The position numbers and the translations under genes were made by a program. A DNA stretch of 64,000 bases from contig CBDCOA010000003.1 of the NCBI GenBank assembly GCA_965219585.1, positions 1,233,375-1,297,374 on the forward strand, in the 5' to 3' direction. This document shows, one piece after another, positions 55,972 through 64,000 of the stretch; the stretch's first letter is position 1, and each line of letters begins with the position of its first letter. This DNA comes from Bryobacterales bacterium. GTDB taxonomy: Bacteria; Acidobacteriota; Terriglobia; Bryobacterales; UBA6623. The notes under the pieces are model-generated. The model was not told the DNA's origin. It made no database searches and worked only from the letters and a program-made list of their open reading frames with translations.

Positions 55972-57327
55972 TCACGCGGCGGCCTGTAGCCGTGACTCGG
56001 TTCGCCAGGCCCAGAAATCCTCGTAGCGCCCGCCCAAGATGCAGGCGCGCAGGGCGAGGATCCCCTCGGCACCATCCTTGGTCCAGTACATGCCGGACTG
56101 CTTGAGGCGGCCCACGACGCTCTTGCAGCCCGCCTCGACCACGCCGGAGCCGATCTGCAAGCCTTGGGCGCGGAACTCGGCGTAGCGCATGCGTGCGCGG
56201 TTGGTGGTGATGTATGGCACGGCCTTGGCGGCTGGCTCGCAGTGGCCGGCATGCGCGCGCAGGGTCGCCAGCACACTGTCCAGAGCCCCGGCCTTGAGTT
56301 CCTCGCAGCGCGCTTCGGCCCAGACCTCGGCGCTATCCCGGTCGGCGGGGAAGAGGGCCCGGGCGACTTCCCACATCCTTTCCGAGACGTGGAAGAAGTC
56401 CACGATCTGAATCGCGCCGGGGAACATCTCCGTGGCCGCGGCCCAGATCCATTTCGCGCCGTCGCCGAGGATGACCCGGCGTGGTGCCTGCGGGAAGCCG
56501 CGCCGCTCGGCCTCGCGGCGCAGGCGTTGGGTGAAGGCGGCCGGGGCCGGATCGGTGTCGCGCGCGGCAGCGCTGTCAATCGCCGCCGAATAGGTGACCG
56601 AGCCCTCGTCGCAGACCGGCCGTCCGTCTTGGTCGAACTGATCTGCGGTCCAGATCACGACCAGCTTCGCCTCGCGCGTGGAGGCCGAGCCGTCGGGCTG
56701 CTTGCCGGGCCGGCCGACCAGCTCCGCCGGGCGCATCGGCACGCCGGTGCCGTCCACGCCCAGATACATGGTGGCAGCGGCGGGGGGTTCGGCGGCAAAC
56801 ACCGCCGCCCGCTCGGCGGCGGCCACCTCGCGCCCCAGCGCCTCGGCGACGCGCTCGACACGCTTGGCATTGACGCGCACGGCGGCCAACTCGTCCAGCA
56901 AGTCGCTGGCGGTCGCGAAGCTGGCCACTGCGGCAGCCGAGCCGGTCATGCGGGTGACGGCCGGGGACAGGCTGGTGGCGGCCATGCCCAGCGCTTGGTC
57001 GCGCGGGAACCAGCCCCGCCCGCAGGGACGGCAATGGTAGTAGGCGCGCTCGATGGTGACTGGCCCCAGAGCGGTCTCGAAGGTCTTGCGATGGCGGCCG
57101 GCGAAGCGCGCCGGGTGCCCGCAGGAGCAGGGCTGGGTGGGGGACTGGCCGTCGCAGTGGTCGGCGTTCAGACGCCGCTCGACCGCCCGTGCGGCCAACT
57201 GCAGGGCGCTGCGCCGCACACAGGTCTCGACCGCCTCGAAGTCGAGTTGGTCGACGGCCCCGGGCGCTACGAGGCGGGCGATCTCGGCTTCCAGTGCGGG
57301 GGCGAACTCGTGCTGGCAGGCTTTTTT
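55972..57327 (-). CDS. ISKra4-family transposase, catalytic part (orfB frame, reached by -1 frameshift)
   Basis: Blocks ...HCRPCG.G..P.D, YLGVDGTGVPM, ILGDGAKWIW, QIVDFFHVSE and GLQIGSGVVEAGCKSVVG.RLKQSGMYW are typical of ISKra4/ISLre2-like transposases. This frame opens exactly after a TAA at 57330-57328, i.e. at the slippery run. Confidence 0.75.
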   Translation of the reverse strand, partial: KKACQHEFAPALEAEIARLVAPGAVDQLDFEAVETCVRRSALQLAARAVERRLNADHCDGQSPTQPCSCGHPARFAGRHRKTFETALGPVTIERAYYHCRPCGRGWFPRDQALGMAATSLSPAVTRMTGSAAAVASFATASDLLDELAAVRVNAKRVERVAEALGREVAAAERAAVFAAEPPAAATMYLGVDGTGVPMRPAELVGRPGKQPDGSASTREAKLVVIWTADQFDQDGRPVCDEGSVTYSAAIDSAAARDTDPAPAAFTQRLRREAERRGFPQAPRRVILGDGAKWIWAAATEMFPGAIQIVDFFHVSERMWEVARALFPADRDSAEVWAEARCEELKAGALDSVLATLRAHAGHCEPAAKAVPYITTNRARMRYAEFRAQGLQIGSGVVEAGCKSVVGRLKQSGMYWTKDGAEGILALRACILGGRYEDFWAWRTESRLQAAA

Positions 57328-57680
57328 TTAACCGCGCTGGTGCTGGGCTTGAGCTGGGCTTGGCAGAGCTCGTCGCTGACGGCGATCAGGTCCGCGATGA
57401 GGCGTCGCAGGCGCTGGCACTCAGCGATCTGGGCCTGGGTGGCGGCGACCTGCTCGGCGGGGATCGAGCGGCTGCGGGTCTTGCCGTTGACCGACCAGGT
57501 GAGCAGCCAGTAGGGGCCGTGGCCGCGGTGCTGCTTGTCGGCACAGAAGCACTCGGGTCGGCCGCAGCGGCGGTAGTTCTGCACCAGCGAGCCGGGGCGC
57601 AAATCGCCGATGGCGGCCAGTTGGCGGCGGAGTTCGTCGCGGCGGGCGGAGAGGGCGGAGAGATCAGGCGGGCTGGGCAT
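57267..57680 (-). CDS. ISKra4-family transposase, N-terminal part (orfA)
   Basis: 137 aa with the Cys/His block PGSLVQNYRRCGRPECFCADKQHRGHGPYWLLTWSVNGKT. ATG 57680 has the SD AAGGGAG upstream. Confidence 0.7.
   Translation of the reverse strand: MPSPPDLSALSARRDELRRQLAAIGDLRPGSLVQNYRRCGRPECFCADKQHRGHGPYWLLTWSVNGKTRSRSIPAEQVAATQAQIAECQRLRRLIADLIAVSDELCQAQLKPSTSAVKKKPASTSSPPHWKPRSPAS
57321..57329 (-). promoter_or_regulatory. A AAA AAG slippery site (A8G run) for programmed -1 frameshifting between orfA and orfB
   Basis: The minus strand reads GTT AAA AAA AAG CCT in the orfA frame. The orfB frame is -1 relative to orfA. Confidence 0.6.
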
Positions 57681-57912
57681 GGAGGGGCTCCCTTGTTGTT
57701 AGCGTAACAAACTAACAACAAAGAGATCCAGAATCCCCCGAACATCCGGCCAATTTCGGTCTCAGGGGCGCTTGGTCGTAGCTTGGACTGCTCAGGCTCA
57801 CCGCGCTTGGATCGAACGCGTAACCTCAGCCTGCTTATTCCCGGGTGTGCAAAACGAAGTCGTACACCCCTGCTCCATCGTCGACTGGAGACAAGCGTTT
57901 CTATACTGTGAG

Positions 57913-58920
57913 TTGGCTGGTTCTCGGGCAGAAGCATCCGTAGACGTCATCGTGGTTGGTGCCGGACCTACTGGGCTCGCGTGCGCGATTGAAGTCCAAA
58001 AGGCCGGCTTCACGGTCAAGACAATCGAGAAGGGCTGCGTCGTCAATTCCCTCTACAAGTACCCGACGAATCTGACGTTCTTCACCACGCCGGAGTTGCT
58101 CGAGATCGGTGACATCCCAATGACGGCGGTCAGGGAAAAGCCCACCCGAGGCGAGGCGCTGAAATACTACCGCCGGGTCGCCAGCCACTACCGGCTGGAC
58201 ATCCACCAGTACGAGCAAGTCCATGCGGTGACGGGCAGCGACGGCGCATTCTCGGTCGCCAGCACGAACCGCCTAGGCCAAGCCTGCGCCTACTCGGCCC
58301 GCAAGGTCATCCTCGCCACGGGATTCTATGACATTCCGATCCTTATGGGAGTGCCCGGCGAAGATCTGGACAAGGTGCATCACTACTATCACGAGCCGCA
58401 CCCGTTCTTCGACTGCGACGTGGCGGTGATCGGCGGCCAGAACTCCGCCGCCATTTGCGCGTTGGAATGCCACCGGGCCGGTGCCCGCGTCACCTTGGTC
58501 CACCGCCATCCCGAACTCAGCCCCAAGGTCAAGTACTGGATCCTGCCCGACATCTCCAACCGCATCAAGCACGGCGAGATCAAGGCCTATCTGGGTAGCG
58601 CGGTGACCCGCATCGAGCCGGGATCGCTGCATCTGACGACCCCGGATGGCCCCGTGGCGATCAAGAACGACTTCGTCTTGGCCATGACCGGCTACCAGCC
58701 AGACACGGAATTCTTGGCCAGCCTCGGCATCGTCTTCGACGAGGAAGCGAAAAAGCCCCGCACCAATCCGGACACGCTCGAAAGCGACCGATCCGGCGTA
58801 TATCTCGCCGGCGTAATCGTAGCCGGCATGCACACGAACGAGATCTTCATCGAGAACGGCCGATTTCACGGCGGCCAGATCGCCGCTGACGTCTCGGCCA
58901 AGCTCGGCGGCAGCCTGTAG
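57913..58920 (+). CDS. YpdA-like FAD/NAD(P)-binding disulfide oxidoreductase (putative bacillithiol-disulfide-reductase family)
   Basis: DVIVVGAGPTGLACAIE, then VNSLYKYPTNLTFFTTPELLEIGDIP, a second dinucleotide fold VAVIGGQNSA, and C-terminal GVYLAG. There is no ATG near the expected N-terminus. TTG 57913 is proposed, and the start is uncertain. Confidence 0.7.
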   Translation: MAGSRAEASVDVIVVGAGPTGLACAIEVQKAGFTVKTIEKGCVVNSLYKYPTNLTFFTTPELLEIGDIPMTAVREKPTRGEALKYYRRVASHYRLDIHQYEQVHAVTGSDGAFSVASTNRLGQACAYSARKVILATGFYDIPILMGVPGEDLDKVHHYYHEPHPFFDCDVAVIGGQNSAAICALECHRAGARVTLVHRHPELSPKVKYWILPDISNRIKHGEIKAYLGSAVTRIEPGSLHLTTPDGPVAIKNDFVLAMTGYQPDTEFLASLGIVFDEEAKKPRTNPDTLESDRSGVYLAGVIVAGMHTNEIFIENGRFHGGQIAADVSAKLGGSL

Positions 58921-59097
58921 CAATCGAGCGCCCTCCGACTTCCTAGACAGCGCCTCGCTTCTATAATGGTTTGAGTTGGCTGCACCGCTTGCTAGCGGCT
59001 GCCAAGATTCGGACGGAGCGAAGGACTCTCGCGGCCGGCGGGTGCGTTGCAGACCTGCAAGCCGACGGGGCCGAGGCTTCGTGGGCACATCGACACC

Positions 59098-62000
59098 ATG
59101 ATCATGGCCACCCCGACTACCGCTCTCCACGTTCCAGCAATCCCCGGGCAATCGTTCTCCGGGAATCCGGGATCTCGGAAGCACTGCGTCGGTCGAACCG
59201 GAGGCTCCCGCCTGCTCTTGCTCGCGCTGTGTCTGAGCACTCTGCTGGCCGGACCGGCCCTCGGCGAAACCGTCCAGTTCGACGGCAGCTGGACACGCTC
59301 GTGGGATCTCGCCAAGGGCGAGACGGTTCGGATCCAAGTCGGCATCGCCAACCCGGGCAGGCTTCCCGACAACGGCCGCATCTCAGCGCGCTGGAGCGGG
59401 CCTCCTCCGAGCACTGTTCAAGCCGCTGCATCCATGAGCCGGGGTGATTTGGTGCAAGGCGATGGGAACGGCTGGACCAAGGTCCTGCATGCGCTGGACC
59501 CGGACGTGTACCAGACGTACAAGGCTCCGCGGGCAGGCACTTACGAACTCTCCCTGACAACCGTCACGGATGAGCCTTGGCCCGCCGCGCCGTACCATCG
59601 CGACCAAGGGCTTGCCCGGCTTGCCGCGACCGCTCCGAAACGAACGCCGGGCATCGACGACATAGCGATCACTGTCGACGTCGCGGCCGTGTCCCAGACC
59701 GTCTCGCGTGACCTCGTGCTCGAAACCGAGCCCAACAACGCCCCGGAAGAAGCAGTCTTGCTGCCATTCGAGGCTGGCAACGCCGACCAAGTCCTGCGCG
59801 TCATCGGCGGCGCTGACGACCTGGAGTACTTCGACAACGCCGCCTCCGGAAGCTCGCCCGACGATTGGTACCGCTTCGTCTACCGCGGCGACAGGGTAAA
59901 GCTCTTGACGGCCAACCTGCAGCTCGTCGAACCCGTCGTCAGCGCGCGTATCCGGGTGTACAAGCCGGGCACTCCCACGGCCGAGGAGCTAGAGCATCGC
60001 GAGGCCGCCAAGCGCGAGGATTTCGGCAACAACGAGGCCGTGCCCTATATCCATCCCGACACCGAGGTGATCCCCGGCCCGGAGCAGGTCTATACCTACT
60101 ACGACGGCCGCGACGTCAACGAGCGCATCCACCAGCAGGACGACAACTTCCGCTCGTTCGTCACGCGCCGCGTGCAGCCCGGCGGCACGTATTACCTGCG
60201 GGTGGAAGCGAACCAACCGGGCTACGAGCTGGAAGTCCGCCTGGTCGAGCCGGCGCCGTTCGAGACTCCGCAGCAGGCGCTGCGCCAATCCATCTACTAC
60301 CACCTTGCCGAGATCGACGCCTGGCTGATCCACCGCCCGCGCAACATCGCGGTACATCGCCGCGTCCGGGACGGCTCGAGCCTGTTCGGCGAGAACTGCA
60401 TGAGCTGCCACACCCAGAGCGGCGTGTGGGGCGTCGCCGACGCCCTGCGGCACGGCTATCGCCCCGACGGGACGGTCCAGAACCACCGCCGGCTCGTCAA
60501 CACGATGTACGAGAGCCTGCGGCCGACCAACGAACTCGTCGACGCCGCCGTGAACACCTCGCTGGCGCCCAACGATCTCGGCGACGCACCCGCGGGCAGC
60601 CGCGTGGCGGGCCGCAACGTGGTCCTGCACGAGCGCACCTTCGAGCCCAAGAAGCTGCACTCGTACCAGCAGAAGCGCACCGCCAACTATGTGCTGCAAA
60701 CCAACGACCCGCAGGGCATCAACGCCGCGGGCAGGGGCTCCAACTTCGGCCCGAACGTGGTCTTCAAGTTCGCGGCCGAGATCCTTGAGCGAGCCTGGAG
60801 CGACAGCGGCGAAGAGAAGTATCTGGCCGGCGTGGTCGAGAAGGCCGAGAAGATCGTCTCCACCGGCGACGTGCAGATCAAGGTCACCGACGACCTAGGC
60901 CACCGCATCGAGTTCTTCCACGATCTGCTCCCGCGCGAGGAACTTGCCAAGCTCGACTCCGAGTCCGAATTGGGCAAGCGTGCCCGGGAACTGCTGCCAG
61001 CGTTCGAAGCGCAGGTCGAGCGCGACATGAAGCGGCTGCTTGCCCTGCAGCAAGAGGACGGGTCGTGGGGCTTCGACCTTGGAGTGCACGACCAGGCCAC
61101 GGACGCCTGGAACCGAATCGATGAAGAGGGAGACCCCGCACCAACAGCGGTTTCGCTCATCGCTCTGCGGGCTGCGGGGCACGGCCCGGACAGCCCTCCG
61201 GTCAAGCGCGCCGTGCAGTGGCTGCTGGAGAAGCAGTTCGAGTACGGGCTCTGGAACCGCTCGGCACAGACCGGCTTCGTCACCAACGCCTACGTGATCC
61301 GCGCCCTGAGCCGCCTGTTCCCGGGCGACGCCCGGCCATTCGAGCGCAGCGACTTCGAGCCGCGGCCCAACGAGTCCGCCTTGGATAGGCTGTCCCGCGT
61401 CCGGGCGTTGCAAACCACCGGCAGGGCCGACTTCGCCGATCTGATGATCGCCGCGACCGACGACGAAATGCCGCAGATCCGCTACTACGGCTATCTCGGC
61501 ATCGGCGGCTCGCTGGCCCCGGAGGGAATCCCCGCCCTGATCTCAGGGCTCTCCGACCCGGTCAAGACTTGCCGCGAAGCGGCATTCTGGTCGCTGCGCC
61601 AGCTGCTCTTGGACGATCAGGGCTGGCCAGCCGTGCTGGCGGCCTATCGCGGGGGGGACGAGCGCACGCGGCAATCGGTACTGCAAGCCCTGATCATGCG
61701 GGTCGACCTGGTCGGGCCGCGCTCCCAGGTGGACGCCAACGAACTGGCCGGTCTGCTCGTCGATGCCATGGGGGATCCGTTCCCGGGCGTGCGGGCCTAC
61801 GCGTTCAAGGCAGCGTGGCACCAGTGGGTCTGGAACCCGCCGCTGCGCCAGCGCATCAACCGCGCCTGGGTTGCCGCCCTGCAAGAGCCCGAACCGAACA
61901 GCCACGTCGAGAACGCGATGCGCTACTCGACGACCTCGATGCTAATCGTCAACGGCCAGATTGCGAACCAGACCGGCACCGACAACCGCGAGCAGCAGTA

Positions 62001-63951
62001 CCGCGAGCTGGAAGACCTGTACCGGATGCTGTCGTCTGCCCGGCAACGGGCGGGAGACCGCCGAGACCTGCTCGAGCAGCGCTTGGCGGCCGTCGCGGCG
62101 ACTCACTTCCAAGAGCGCGGGGGAGACGGCGGCCCCGGCCAGCTCGGATACTCGACGCCCGGCGCAACCGAGCTGATCGGCGACATCCTGCTCAGCATCT
62201 ACCAGACGCGCAGCGACGGCGGGCAGGTGCCGTGGAGGTCCATCGCGCTGCAAGGCGCCGCCAACGTCAACTCGGCTCGCTTGCAGCGCCACTTGCTGGA
62301 ACTGTTGCAAGGCGACGACCTAGATCAGGTCGCGGCCGCGGCCAAGGCCCTGTCCAACCCCAGCGCCCTGCGGCTCTCCGGCGATGCCGAGACGATCCGT
62401 CCTCTGCTGGCCAAGCTCGATGCGTTCCTGAATGCCGGCAGGCAGGACGATGCCGAAGCGCTGGTCCGTTTCCTGTCGCGGGTCCGCTGGCAGTTCAGCG
62501 AGGGCGAGGACAACGCCGATCTCGAACGCGAGTTCTTCAGGCTGCTCGTGCCGGCTGCGCGCCAGCCGCCGATCGCAGCCGCGCCGCACCTGCTGGGAAG
62601 GCCGGCCCCTAGCGCTACGAGCCAACCCCCAGCGGACAGCGATAGGGCCACGCTGCTGGGACGGGTGCTGGGCAACAACCCCACGCTGCACCGCCGGGCG
62701 GCGTTCGACCATGTCGGCGGGGACGCGCTCTTCTGGCTGCCATCGACCGAGTGGATGCTGCGCTATCAGGAGGGCGGCCCCACCATGGAAGAGGCCATCG
62801 AAGGCGCGACCGAGGCCGAGGACCTAGAGGTATTGGACCTGACGGGCGGACGCACCACCAAGCAGCTCGTGCCGGACGGCCTCACCAGCCGCAACACGAT
62901 CCTGTGGTGGCGCGAAGGGCTGCCCGGCAACGAGCTCACGTTCGGGGTGGAAGCGCCCGAAGGCGGACCCTACGAGATTATCGCCGCGTTTCTTCACGAC
63001 CGAGAAATGGGCACCGTCCAACCCATCCTCAACGGCGAAAGCATCGAAGACGCAATCGACTTCTACCGCGAGAGCCTCACGGCTCCCGGCCCGGTGTCGC
63101 TGGGCGTGCATGAGTTCAAGGCTGGCCAAAACCGGCTGACTTTCCGCATGGTCGGCTCGAACGACGACGCCGAGCCGAACTACATCTTCGGACTGGACTA
63201 CCTCAAGCTGGAGCCAGGCGAGACCGCCGGCTCGCTGTTTACCAAGGACGAATTGGGCATCGACGTGATCGATCCCATCGTGGAGGCCAAGGACAGGCTC
63301 ATCGGCATGTTCACCTCCTGGTTCTCCGAAGACTCGCCCGAGGACGTGCGCAAGCAGGCGATCGCGCTGGCCAACAAGACGGCCCTGCGACGGCATCCCG
63401 AAGTGCTGAAGGCTCTGACGGCCTGGATCGACCACGAGCCGAGCCCGCTCTACCGCACGCGCATCCAGAATATCCTCAACAGCGACGACAAGATCTACGG
63501 CAAGCGCCTGCGCGAGATCATCGCCGAAGAGAACGAGGCGCAGCAGGGCAGCGATGTCCGGCCCCTGGCCGATTCCGACGAGTGGATCGAAGACATCATC
63601 CACTTCCGCGACTATGTGTTCACTGAGATCACGCGTATCGACTCGCGCGACAACCGCGCCTGCATCTCGTGCCACGGCGTGCCGGGACGCGTGCCTACCC
63701 TCTTCTTGGATCCGCCGGACGCGGCAGGCTACATCCCGCCCGAGGCGCTGCTGGGCAACTACCGGCGCATGCAAGCACGCGTGGACCTGCACGATGTCGA
63801 AAAGAGCAAGTTCCTGCGCAAGCCGCTCAATATCCAGTCGGGTGACGAGGACGGACACCAAGGCGGGGTGCGCTACGAAGCGGACGACCCGGGCTACGGG
63901 GTAATCCGCGAGTGGGTGCTAAAGCAGGCCGACCTGCAGCGCGGCGGCTGA
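59098..63951 (+). CDS. giant secreted multidomain protein (about 1,617 aa): PPC-like domain, two CXXCH motifs, prenyltransferase/terpene-cyclase-like repeats, HEAT-like repeats, beta-sandwich-like domain
   Basis: Signal peptide SRLLLLALCLSTLLAGPALG. PPC-like ETEPNNAPEEA...DDWYRF. CMSCH at 60397-60411 and CISCH at 63661-63675. LLALQQEDGSWGF and AVQWLLEKQFEYGLWN repeats. HEAT-like D..MPQIRYYGYLGIGG....GIPALISGLSDP. Start is ATG 59098 or 59104. Confidence 0.7.
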   Translation: MIMATPTTALHVPAIPGQSFSGNPGSRKHCVGRTGGSRLLLLALCLSTLLAGPALGETVQFDGSWTRSWDLAKGETVRIQVGIANPGRLPDNGRISARWSGPPPSTVQAAASMSRGDLVQGDGNGWTKVLHALDPDVYQTYKAPRAGTYELSLTTVTDEPWPAAPYHRDQGLARLAATAPKRTPGIDDIAITVDVAAVSQTVSRDLVLETEPNNAPEEAVLLPFEAGNADQVLRVIGGADDLEYFDNAASGSSPDDWYRFVYRGDRVKLLTANLQLVEPVVSARIRVYKPGTPTAEELEHREAAKREDFGNNEAVPYIHPDTEVIPGPEQVYTYYDGRDVNERIHQQDDNFRSFVTRRVQPGGTYYLRVEANQPGYELEVRLVEPAPFETPQQALRQSIYYHLAEIDAWLIHRPRNIAVHRRVRDGSSLFGENCMSCHTQSGVWGVADALRHGYRPDGTVQNHRRLVNTMYESLRPTNELVDAAVNTSLAPNDLGDAPAGSRVAGRNVVLHERTFEPKKLHSYQQKRTANYVLQTNDPQGINAAGRGSNFGPNVVFKFAAEILERAWSDSGEEKYLAGVVEKAEKIVSTGDVQIKVTDDLGHRIEFFHDLLPREELAKLDSESELGKRARELLPAFEAQVERDMKRLLALQQEDGSWGFDLGVHDQATDAWNRIDEEGDPAPTAVSLIALRAAGHGPDSPPVKRAVQWLLEKQFEYGLWNRSAQTGFVTNAYVIRALSRLFPGDARPFERSDFEPRPNESALDRLSRVRALQTTGRADFADLMIAATDDEMPQIRYYGYLGIGGSLAPEGIPALISGLSDPVKTCREAAFWSLRQLLLDDQGWPAVLAAYRGGDERTRQSVLQALIMRVDLVGPRSQVDANELAGLLVDAMGDPFPGVRAYAFKAAWHQWVWNPPLRQRINRAWVAALQEPEPNSHVENAMRYSTTSMLIVNGQIANQTGTDNREQQYRELEDLYRMLSSARQRAGDRRDLLEQRLAAVAATHFQERGGDGGPGQLGYSTPGATELIGDILLSIYQTRSDGGQVPWRSIALQGAANVNSARLQRHLLELLQGDDLDQVAAAAKALSNPSALRLSGDAETIRPLLAKLDAFLNAGRQDDAEALVRFLSRVRWQFSEGEDNADLEREFFRLLVPAARQPPIAAAPHLLGRPAPSATSQPPADSDRATLLGRVLGNNPTLHRRAAFDHVGGDALFWLPSTEWMLRYQEGGPTMEEAIEGATEAEDLEVLDLTGGRTTKQLVPDGLTSRNTILWWREGLPGNELTFGVEAPEGGPYEIIAAFLHDREMGTVQPILNGESIEDAIDFYRESLTAPGPVSLGVHEFKAGQNRLTFRMVGSNDDAEPNYIFGLDYLKLEPGETAGSLFTKDELGIDVIDPIVEAKDRLIGMFTSWFSEDSPEDVRKQAIALANKTALRRHPEVLKALTAWIDHEPSPLYRTRIQNILNSDDKIYGKRLREIIAEENEAQQGSDVRPLADSDEWIEDIIHFRDYVFTEITRIDSRDNRACISCHGVPGRVPTLFLDPPDAAGYIPPEALLGNYRRMQARVDLHDVEKSKFLRKPLNIQSGDEDGHQGGVRYEADDPGYGVIREWVLKQADLQRGG

Positions 63952-64000
63952 TCAGGCAGTCTCCACTGCAGCGGCCCGGGCCAAGCCGCGCAGTTCGATC

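Larger units (their letters stand above)
55615..57847 (-). mobile_element. ISKra4-like insertion sequence (boundaries tentative)
   Basis: Contains a two-frame transposase gene. The candidate terminal inverted repeat is CACCCGGGGAATAA (55615-55628) against the reverse complement of 57835-57847, CACCCGGGAATAA (13 matches, one 1-nt indel). Confidence 0.5.

Noticed and set aside
58273-59337. 354-aa minus-strand ORF (similar cases at 62824-63861, 50363-51838, 22127-23299 and 45127-46197)
   Set aside because: Each is antisense to a motif-supported gene. These are high-GC shadow ORFs.

Overview
64 kb of high-GC bacterial chromosome. Hand counts of 100-nt samples give about 69% GC in core genes and 52-56% in one islet. 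The TIGR03436-like VWA protein, the giant secreted multidomain proteins and the SBP-coupled sensors suggest Acidobacteriota, but this was not verified. All calls rest on reading the ORF translations and the DNA by eye; no searches were run.

Core content:
- queF-acs.
- An argF-argG-argH-argR operon with two tandem ARG boxes over the argF start.
- rluD, recA (with a clear sigma70-type promoter) and glnE.
- A tight sensor operon: response-regulator/PP2C phosphatase, RsbW-like kinase, periplasmic binding protein, histidine kinase.
- A binding protein / Cache-HAMP / MFS operon.
- A nucleoside-phosphorylase-like gene followed by two Zn-dehydrogenases.
- Two very large secreted proteins.
- tRNA-Leu(CAA).

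The accessory content is dominated by mobile DNA:
1. Two diverged 1,832-bp copies of a single-ORF element I cannot assign to a family. It is bounded CTAG...CTAG, has no terminal inverted repeats and carries a hairpin at one end.
2. A complete IS1634-family IS next to copy 1.
3. An ISKra4-like IS whose transposase is split at an A AAA AAG -1 frameshift site.
4. A decayed IS4/IS5-type transposase next to the tRNA.
5. A 3.7-kb unit bounded by 35-nt IS1595-type inverted repeats. It holds a gutted transposase and an apparently intact MmeI-family (Type IIL) restriction-modification gene as cargo.

I could not identify a clearly new multi-gene system. The best candidates for follow-up are the unclassified 1.8-kb element, the IS-borne R-M gene, a low-GC pair of paralogous secreted proteins of unknown function, and the phosphorylase/dehydrogenase operon.
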